The position numbers and the translations under genes were made by a program. Shown in pieces: positions 8,701-17,519 of a stretch of DNA of 20,000 bases. The stretch's first letter is position 1. The number at the start of each line of letters is the position of its first letter. Under the pieces are notes generated by a model, which was not told the origin of the DNA, searched no databases, and was given only the letters and a program-made list of their open reading frames with translations. The DNA lies in the NCBI GenBank assembly GCA_023515795.1, contig JALGPX010000050.1:53508-73507 (forward strand), written 5' to 3'. The DNA comes from Amoeboaphelidium occidentale. Lineage: Eukaryota.

Positions 8701-9500
8701 GTTCATCGAAACCAAGTATTAAGCAGATTGAGAAACATGGGTTGTTTATACAGGAATTATCAGAAATTACTACTGATTTGGAAACGGTTGTTAACACCGT
8801 TGTCGGCTTATCGAAACATGCTGCTTACATGGTGGCGAACTCAAACGTTGCAACTATTAAGAAGCTTGCATCTGGTGGTGGAGGAGAGATATTTTTGGCT
8901 CGAGTTATGAACGCCTTTTTAACAGAAAAGACCGGAAATCTGGTGATACAGAAGATAGTTTTCATCAAGAACTCCAAATCAGAGGAAGCTTTCTACCAAG
9001 AAGTCGGGATAATGATCATGTTATCTCCGTTTCCGAACTTCTGTCGTATAATCGGACTAACAGAAAAACCTGCGTCGATGATCTTGCAGTATTATCCTGA
9101 CGGTTCATTGCAAAGCTGGATTCAAGGAAACAGGTATGACCGAGGTGCTATCGCAAAAATTTCAAAAGAAATTTCTTCTGCTTTGAAAATTATGCATTCG
9201 CATTACTTGGCTCACTGTGATATTAAACCTCAGAATGTTCTGATTGAAATTGTGGAGGGAATTCCCACATGTTTTGTAACCGATTTCGGTATTACTCAAG
9301 TACTATCTGATAAGATCCTGGCATCTCGTGATTTTCAAGTGACTAATCTTAGGGGATTATCAGTACCTTATGCTGCCCCAGAAGCATTTTCCTGTTTCAT
9401 AAAAAGAGAGTTTTTTGGAGTTGACTTGAAGAAATTTGATATTTACTCGTTCGCTTGTGTAGTACTAGAACTTCTAACTAGAAAGATTCCGTGGTGCTGA
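5757..9500 (+). CDS. WD40-ectodomain receptor-like kinase B, join(5757..6216,6252..6986,7022..7261,7292..7402,7438..9500), about 1202 aa
   Basis: Four consecutive ORF-track pieces join in frame after removing GT-AG introns (exon sum 3609 nt = 1203 codons). Signal peptide (MMIIR)MFISLLSLLSLVSLVST; the start could be a slightly later Met. Long WD40 array. TM VFLVGGIVALLIIAVTAIWALFY at about 8631-8699. Kinase with HCDIKPQN (9213-9236), TDFG, YAAPE, DIYS. Ends IPWC-TGA. Confidence 0.9.
6217..6251 (+). other. Spliceosomal intron B1, 35 nt, phase 1
   Basis: GTAATT...TTTAG. Removal fuses ORF 5757 to ORF 6239 in frame (T|CC = Ser). Same position as intron C1. Confidence 0.88.
6987..7021 (+). other. 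Spliceosomal intron B2, 35 nt, phase 1
   Basis: GTAAGA...TATAG. Removal restores the WD40 GH dipeptide (KIYYG|HSNIVSSL). Confidence 0.9.
7262..7291 (+). other. Spliceosomal intron B3, 30 nt, phase 1, in-frame and stop-free
   Basis: GTAAGT...AATTAAC...TTTAG. Hidden inside ORF 7045-7437, but at the same position as the obligatory 32-nt intron of gene C. Confidence 0.75.
7403..7437 (+). other. Spliceosomal intron B4, 35 nt, phase 1
   Basis: GTTTAA...CACTAAT...TATAG. Removal joins to the frame of ORF 7473 (G|AA = Glu). Same position as intron C3. Confidence 0.85.
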
Positions 9501-9993
9501 TTAATCTTTTGGAATAGGAATGTGGTCAAAATGACAATAAAATGAAGATTTTCCGAGTGCGGGAAATGCTATTGGGTTGCATTACCCTGTCCTTGGTTAA
9601 GTTTAACCTGACCCATTCAACCCGTTTATTACAGGTTAAACTTTACATATTGTATTATCTCGATAGTCTGACCAGATCAGTACCTGAAGAAAAAGCTCTC
9701 TATGACCGAACGCTAGTTGCTTGAAATGTTAAATAGTCTTTTGCGATGGCAGATAATATTGGGAAATTGTAAACACTGCTAGCCCAATGAGCCAAAACCT
9801 CAGTTTTTCTGGAAGAGTAGGACTGTCAAAGTATCTTGTTCTTTCGACTTGAGCAGCAACAGAGGTGACATCCGTTTTGGAGCGTTTTCTCTTCATAAAG
9901 TTTTCATACGCGCTTATTGGGTTATAAGAACCTGTTAGAGTAGGGTTTTCTTCTAGCGGCTTTTATCTTCCTTCGTTAAATTGTCGCTAACTA

Positions 9994-11265
9994 TTAATCC
10001 TTTGACAATTTTGGCCACTTTAACCGTGCCGTTGGAGTCTTGGCTGCTGCATCAGAATCACTTGCATATTCCCTTAAAGTTAAAAACTTTTTGCAAGCTC
10101 TGCGGAATTTAGTCGAACACTGTGGTTTGAGCAGCTTCTCAATATCTTTTCGAAGGGCATCATTCCGAACAAGCCCTTTGGGAAATAAAATATCACGAAG
10201 TGTTTCATCAATGATACCAAGAATTAGATAGTCATTTTCGTCACATCGGTATCGCCAGTCCCTAGAAGGAACATAGAACCTCCATTCTAAACAATTCTTC
10301 AGAATATCTACTTGTCCCTGAAAGAATTCATCATATTGCACGAAACAACTGAACGAACTGATCAAATCGCTCACAAAGTCGTTAAAGAATAAGTCGTAGT
10401 TAAACCTTCTTTTACCAATAATCTCTTTAAACAGGAACTTGTAAAGTTTGGCTAGTCTCGGAAGATTCTTTGGGCAACAGTATTGATTGATGAAACTGTG
10501 ACATTCGATAATGTTGGGTGTCCTGAGTTGCGGAATTAGACACGAGAGATTTTTGATTCCAATATCGTAATCAAGGCAACCATCAACAACCATGTCCATA
10601 GTCCTAGAAACAACTTGTATAATCACCTTTTGTTGAAAACAAGCATAATTATTCTTGCGAGCAAAATCCAAGTATGAGAGCCACCGCTCAATATCTTCCA
10701 GATTTTCAATACAGCGCCGCCCGAACGTAAGATACCGATTTATATCTCTGTAGAAAAGGTCTTCAAAGACATGCCAATACACTGTTTTTGTTAACTCTGG
10801 GTTTTCCTCTCTTAGCTTATGTACACGGTCTTGCAAATCTTGAATCGTAATGAAATCTGAAACTTTGATTTGTTTGAGGTGAAGGGTAGAAAATACGCGT
10901 CCCAGTTCATTTCCAAGGCATTCATGTTCGCAATTAGTTAAATCACTTGTAAATGATTCAGGTTTTTGACTTACATGCTTGTTCTGTTTATAGAAGAATC
11001 TAGCGTTATGCAACGGATCTTTATACAACCTCTTCACGACGTTTCCCCAGTTTGGAATATTTTCCCAATTATCGTGGACATTTTGGATAGCGTAATTTGG
11101 AGAATGTCTGGTAAAGTACGCTTAGTAGAATGAAACGTCAGAGGTAAGCACCAACACTGTTGCGCTCGACTTTTGAAATGATACCAAATCATAGAAGCCG
11201 AGGAACAACGCGATTAGTCGTAGTATCTCTGGTGGCAGGCTTAATAGCGACAAGTTTCTGAACAT
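9994..11265 (-). pseudogene. F-box protein gene with one in-frame TAA at 11122-11124 (nonsense allele, sequence error or unrecognised intron)
   Basis: ATG at 11265 is in frame with ORF 9994-11037 and reads MFRNLSLLSLPPEILRLIALFLGFYDLVSFQKSSATVLVLTSDVSFY*AYFTRHSPNY...WGNVVKRLY. LLSLPPEILRLIALFL..DL matches the F-box consensus. The C-terminal 347 aa are not recognised. Ends TAA TAG. Confidence 0.65.
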
Positions 11266-11494
11266 TCAGTATGAATTCTTTACTTGTGAGCAATGTAAGT
11301 AAGAAGATAATGTTTACGCACTTTTATGAGTCATGTCTTTCTAAGTGAACTATCCTAAATATAAGCCATGAAGCAAGCTTTCCCATATCATGATCAACGC
11401 AAATCTTGATGAAGTTCAAAAGCTTCGGCTGATGGTTCGACTGTGTCAAACTTCTCTTGGCAACCTGTTGTTTCATAAAAATCAACTCCATAGT

Positions 11495-14400
11495 ATGAGA
11501 CTTCAGGTTTTGTATGGATGTATGATCATGCTATGCTCTTTCATAGTAGGAAGTTTAGAACATGAAAAGAGCTTCTTTCTTCAAGATGGAGCTTCTAATG
11601 TGCTTGCCATTGGTATTTACAGAGACTCACTGCTGGTGACTGCATCAAACGATGTTGTTCAGAAGGACATTGAAACTGGAATCCTCCAAAGAACCTTTAG
11701 AGCTCATGATAAAACTGTGTATTCCTTCGTTGTTACAAATGATTCCAGGATGATATCATCTGGTTATGATGACATGATGGTCGTTTGGGATCTTGTTACA
11801 GGATCGATTCTCAAAAGGATTTGGTTAAGAGTACCAGATACAAGGATAGAGAGCTTAGCTGTAAAGAATAATATTGTCAATGCTGGTGGCCTTGATAACA
11901 AAGTAAGACAAGTTGATTTGGTCAGTGGAAGGATCATCAGAACAATAGGTACTTCCATAACTTTGCGATAGCTTAATAGTTTTGTAGAGCTCGATGGTTA
12001 CGTATACAGCATTGCCGTTGGTAATGAGCACTTCTTTGTTGGAAAGCAAACCTCTCCGAATGTTTTAAGATACTTGATTCAAGGAGGAACTGCAAGAATG
12101 AGCTTGGATGGTCATACCAACACTGTCTTCACACTCTTCTGGTCTAACGATATCCTTCTATCGGGATCTGCTGACAAGAATGTTATTTGCTGGAATGCAA
12201 GGAGCGGAAATATCATAAGAATCTTAACAGGCCACTCTGACGGTATTTACGCAGTTGGTCTGTTTGAAGGATTTGTTTATTCAGCAGGATTCAATCGAAT
12301 TGTATTCAAGTGGAATATCGATAATGGAGAGATTGTAAAGAAGTTTGATGATCTCCATGCTATTGTGATCAAGTGTTTCGCGTACAGACCATCAGAACTT
12401 TTTACAGGCTCTATTGATACTACAGTGATAAGATGGAATGCAATATCTGGTGAATCAATATTCCGTTATATAATGAGAATTAAGAAATTAAGGGCCGTTG
12501 CTGCATGGAAGAACTACGTCATGAGTGCAGGTGAAGATATTGAAATCAATATTTGGGATGTAGCAATCGATAGCATTGAGCCTATTGCGGTGATAGTCGA
12601 TCATATTCTTGCTATTAACTGCCTCTCAGTTTATGACGATTTTCTCTATTCGGGAAGCTCTGACACAACGGTGAAGCAATGGAACCTCACTCAATTTGCT
12701 CTGAATAAGATTTATGAGGGATATCCTCTAACAATCATTTCTCTAACAGCAGACCAATCTTATGTTTATGCATCAGGATTTGCGAGACTTATCTATCAAT
12801 GGAATTCTTCATCGAGTGTACTAGCCGGCCGTTTTGAGGGCCACAGTGGTGATGTGAGTACCTTGAAACTTAGCAGCAGTTTGCTTTTCTCTGGATCGAA
12901 TGATCAAACTGTCAGAGTTTGGAATGTACACTCGAAACAAACTGAGAAAGTTTTTAATTGTAAGCCTTTACCAGATACTAACCTTCGGTAGCGGTTGATC
13001 CTATTAATGATATTATAATTGACGGAGACTTACTTGTTTCAGCCACGGTTGATGGCATAGAATCATTTTCACTTGCTTCCGGCGAATCTTTGGTTTATCT
13101 AGAAGGTTTTGATAATTTAAAATTTGAAGCTCATTTTTAGAGTTCATTGTCTGCGGCTGCGTTGTATCTCTGCGAAATCGCTTGTTCACCGGTCATCCAG
13201 ACGGTATCATCAGAGTTAGAGATTTGAGCACTCTAACAGTCCTTGAATTATATCAAGGTCATTCGGATTTCGTGTTTGCACTTTGCTTTGATTCCTCATT
13301 TAACCTTTACTCAACAGGGTTCGATGGGAGCATCAAAAAGTGGAACATGGCAACAAGAAGGGTTGCGTATTCTTTTGAGAGTCGCTTCTCTTCGGTAACC
13401 ACTCTGGCCGCTGATGGGCCGATCCTGCTGGTAGGTTTAAGAGGCGGTAGTATTAACGCCTACAACATCAATGATGCCTCAGCTTTATATACCATTTCGA
13501 TTAATAAGCAGGCTGTTTCATCATTATTGGCTTTAAATGGATCAGTTTACGGAACAGGCCTGGACGGGCTTTTGGTGAAATTCCCGGCGTTCCTTCTGAG
13601 AAATATCTTTACAGTTTACAGCTCTAAAGATGAACAATTACGAAGTGTCTTATTTAATAGCCTTTATTTGGTTGTGTTATTAGGCGAAAGCAAAGCTTTA
13701 TTTTTCTCAAATGACCAAGTTGTGAAGACTGTTGATTTGCAAATAGCTTTGATTTGTATGACTTCAACCGAAAGTTTCCTTTTGGGAGGTTCGAGATCTG
13801 GAGCAATTTACTCTTGGAACATGGATACTTTTAAATTGGAATTTGAGTTGAAAGGTCATTTAGCTCAGGTTAATGATATTCTTGTTGTTGGACAACGGCT
13901 TTTCTCGGGTTCAGATGATAAAACTATCATTCAATGGTCTTTAGATGACAGAATCGTTGGAAATGTCTATCAAAGACTTTCCGCAAATGCTCTAGGGCAT
14001 CTTGGCCCTGTGAATGCATTATCATACTGTTACGGAACGCTGTTCACTGCGGGCGCAGATTTGTCTGCTCGTCGATGGAACACTCAAACAGGAAGGCATG
14101 AAGATGTTTATTTTGGGTTCTCAAAAGCTGTAACCACGGTATTATGTCATAACAGTTCGATTTTCGCCGGGAGCGAGGATTTCGCAGTGCTAATGTTTCA
14201 GCCCTCTTTCAATGATTTATCACAAGATTCAACCATTTCACGGACCCTTATTTCTACTAGAAAAAACAGAGTAACAAGACTCGTTCAAAGATCTCAGTCT
14301 ATTGGGTCCAGCGATTCCCCTATTTTGTCGATTATTATTGGGGCAATTGTTTTAATTATTTCATTACTTTCTTTGACTTTCTTTTTATTTTATTGGAACT

Positions 14401-15194
14401 CAACTAACAGAAAACAGGCCCCTGATATTAATTCTAGCTCTGCGTTCGACTCAAGCATAACAACAACCGATTTACGTACGATCGTTAATTCCGTCATGGG
14501 AATTTCAAAGCATGCATCTTATTTAATTCCTTCTTCGATGATTGCCGGAATCCGGAAACTAACAAGCGGTGGTGGTGGTGAGCTTTTAATCGCTAAAATT
14601 ATGGATCCAACCTTGCAAAAGAAATTCGGAGACACAGTAATTCAGAAAATTGTATTTATTAGGAACAAAGCGAATGAACAGGCATTCTTTCAAGAAGTCG
14701 GAATTATGATCATGCTGTCTTCTTTTCCTCATTTTTGTCGAATCATTGGATATACTGAGAATCCATTATCCTTAATTTTGAAGCTTTACCCTCAAGGTTC
14801 TCTTTCAGAATGGTTACACAAACTCCAAGGTGCATCAAAATTTGATGTGAAGCTCTTAAGAGAACTTGCTGAAGCTATACGTATAATGCACTCGCATTAT
14901 TTGGCACATTGCGATATTAAGCCTCAAAATGTCTTGATGCAAGTTGATAACAGCGTACCGTCGTGCTACTTGACAGATTTCGGTATTACACAAATATTGT
15001 CAGACGAGATTCTCGCATCCAAAACTTTCAACATAATCAACTTGAGAGGCCTTTCTGTATTCTATGCGTCGCCCGAGGCTTTTACCAATTTTAAATCAAA
15101 GATGTATTTGCAGACCGATTTCAAGATGTATGACATTTACTCTTTTGCTTGCGTCATATTCGAAGTTATAACACGCAAGGTTCCATGGAGTTAA
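11495..15194 (+). CDS. WD40-ectodomain receptor-like kinase C, join(11495..11948,11988..12959,12992..13105,13141..15194), about 1197 aa
   Basis: ATG 11495 gives signal peptide MRLQVLYGCMIMLCSFIVGS followed by LEHEKSF (gene B has LQHEKSF). Exon sum 3594 nt = 1198 codons. WD40 array. TM ILSIIIGAIVLIISLLSLTFFLFYW at about 14322-14396. Kinase with HCDIKPQN (14907-14930), TDFG, YASPE, DIYS. Ends VPWS-TAA. Confidence 0.9.
11949..11987 (+). other. Spliceosomal intron C1, 39 nt, phase 1
   Basis: GTACTT...GCTTAAT...TGTAG. Contains the in-frame TAG at 11969-11971. Removal gives RTIE|LDGYVYSIAV, aligning to QTTS|LNEEVNVIAV of gene B. Confidence 0.85.
12960..12991 (+). other. Spliceosomal intron C2, 32 nt, phase 1
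   Basis: GTAAGC, a perfect TACTAAC branch site (12976-12982), then GGTAG. Opens a 114-nt exon (VDPINDIIIDGDLLVSATVDGIESFSLASGESLVYLE) absent from the ORF track. Confidence 0.9.
13106..13140 (+). other. Spliceosomal intron C3, 35 nt, phase 1
   Basis: GTTTTG...AGCTCAT-TTTTAG. Removal joins to the frame of ORF 13182. Confidence 0.85.
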
Positions 15195-15362
15195 ACTATC
15201 TGGTTGTTCTAATCGTTTCCTCGTTGAAATAAAAGAAATTTCTGACCATAGGTTATAATCAAACAGATTCTCTTCTAACTTGTAAGATCGCGAATGGAGC
15301 TTCATTTCCCAACAATAGACCAGAGTTCTGATATAAACTCGGCACAGAAAGCGCAACTGTAA

Positions 15363-16043
15363 ATCGGCTTTCTTATTGAGAGTTCTTCCATCGCAAAAGT
15401 CAAGAAGATTGCTTCTGGTGGTGGCGGAGAGTTGTTCTTATCGAAAATCATGAATCTTTCTTTAGCCGGAAAGGTTGGCGATGCAGTAATCCAGAAGATT
15501 GTCTATACCAAAAACACAGCCGCGGAAGACGCGTTCTATCAAGAAGTTGGTATTATGATCACTCTGTCAAAATTTCCACATTTCTGTCAAGTTATCGGAT
15601 ACACAGAGAAGCCTCTTTCCATGATTTTGAAGTATTACTCCGAAGGCTCCTTTTTTGACAGGTTGCATAAGAATACAAGTGGCAAAACGATTAGGATTAA
15701 GATCTTGAAAGAAATTGCGCAGGCTCTGAATACCATGCATTCCCACTATTTAGCACATTTTTGTCTAAAGTCCCAGAATGTACTTATTGAAGTTTTTCAG
15801 GGTATCCCTTGTTGTTATTTAACAGATTTCGGAATTACACAGATTCTTTCAATGAACATTGTGGCTTCCAAAATGTTCAATGTGACTAATTTACGCGGGT
15901 TGTCTGTCCATTATGCTTCTCCAGAGGCGTTCACTAATTTCAGGGCAAAGTTTTATGAAAGAGTTGATTTCAAGAAGTATGACATGTACTCTTTTGGTTG
16001 TGTCTTGTATGAAGTACTGATTAGACGATCCTCATGGTCCTAA
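15363..16043 (+). pseudogene. Orphan kinase-domain paralog without ectodomain or TM and lacking the catalytic Asp (pseudogene fragment or pseudokinase)
   Basis: Homology begins just after an in-frame TAA (15360): IGFLIESSSIAKVKKIASGGGGELF. No ATG between that stop and the G-loop. Catalytic loop reads HFCLKSQN (15756-15779) instead of HCDLKSQN. Ends SSWS-TAA at the same truncation point as the other kinases. Confidence 0.75.
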
Positions 16044-17519
16044 AGCAGGTTGCTGCAAGATAAGATAAGGCAAGCTTTTCTCAACAATTAATGTTGCATA
16101 TTGATATTACTAAATGATCGTTCATTTCCGTAATATATCCCTCTGCTGAGATGTTCTGCAAATCGACATTATTTTTTAGGGCTGCAGCTCTTTCTCCTTA
16201 AAACGTCTGCCATGCTAGCATGTTTTTCTGCAATGACTGTCTTTAGAACTGTTACTGTTACACTCTCACACTCTTATGCTTTCATGCTCTGGACAGTTTT
16301 ACTATGCGTACACTTCTTTTCTTTTGTCACGTAATCATTTGCTCGTCTTATTCGAGCGCGTCAAGCGGGGTGATCGTGTATTTGCGCATTTGGAGGATGT
16401 TGACTTGTTTGATCGTTATCACTGGTTGCAAAGGCAATCTCGCCGCATTTATTGAAAATATAGAGTCAGATAATGTTACCGTATGAGTGTACTAAGGATA
16501 GTCCCTTGATCAAGGTTGACAAAGGCTATTCACTGAAATCCATCACCAACGCCTGCTCGTTAGCACGCTGAATATCGAATATCTCTTTATGATAAATGCT
16601 ATGAGATTTAAGAATACACCGATAAATCGTTAAGTTCTTGTCTCTAAACTGGAGAGTACCCACAGCGTCATTTTTTCTAAATGACGTGAAACGCTGATTC
16701 CCGACATGCTGGGGATCTTTATCTCTCACAGGAAGTTCTATCATGCTAGGCTTGTCAACTGGCTCCTTTAGACGATATTTTACCACCTAATTATGATTCT
16801 TATCACTCTAGTTTCACCAAAGGTCTGGTTTGGATCACTGCAAGCTTCTAAACGCCGTAACCGCTCAATAGAGCCTCCTATCCCGTACCATAGTCGATTC
16901 TGTACTCACTGTTCATTTTTGTATAGTCTTATAGCGTGAAACTTAAACTAGCTTGCAGCATCTGAACCTCGCACTTCTCAAAATTTGCAGAGGCAGCACG
17001 AGAACAATGTATCATACCAAAAAGAACATAAACGAAAAGCATCATCACTCTGAAATTATCGAACCTAAATGTTCCCATGGGATGTTGTATTAATTTGGCG
17101 AATCATGTTAGTTCAGGGGCAGAATTGCCTGATTTAAAGAGATTGTTGAAAAACGATATATACTTCTCACCAAGGATGTCACACTCCATAAATATCTAGC
17201 CGGTGCAATGTGCTCAACAAGAAAGAATCAAAAATTGATTGTCGATAAGTGCTAAGGGCCTTCTGTATTGCACTCGCCAACAAGCTAGCGTGCGATTGTC
17301 TGGCTTGGTCAACCATTAAATAACCGCTGCGGGAAACTTCATCAAAGTGAATTTTTTAAGCAATCATTTCACGCCGCCTGTAAAAATCGAACGAAGTCTT
17401 CTGCTAGTCCAAACAACTCATTCAGCGCCGCTGATCGGTTTCAAACAGAAAGGCTATAGTTTCGAGACTTAAGTTCCTTTTCTTCTTGAACTTGAACAAG
17501 TCAACAACTCATTTCTTCA

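Noticed and set aside
11390..11494. Upstream ATG 11390 as the start of gene C
   Set aside because: ATG 11495 places the signal peptide at the N-terminus and matches the start of paralog B.
11122..11971. TAA/TAG reassigned to Gln (suggested by the in-frame TAA at 11122 and TAG at 11969)
   Set aside because: Long ORFs of 670-914 aa contain no in-frame TAA/TAG, homologous kinases end with TGA, TAA or TAG at equivalent positions, and the TAG at 11969 lies in an intron.
5757..15194. Reading the fragmented WD40 ORFs as separate genes or frameshifted pseudogenes
   Set aside because: Every break is bridged by a 32-39 nt GT-AG segment that restores the frame, and three positions are shared between paralogs B and C.
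16044..17519. 1.5-kb gap with short ORFs (16304-16486, 16526-16786); possible transposon or ncRNA
   Set aside because: I saw no terminal repeats, transposase or RT motifs, tRNA-like structure or similarity to the neighbouring genes.
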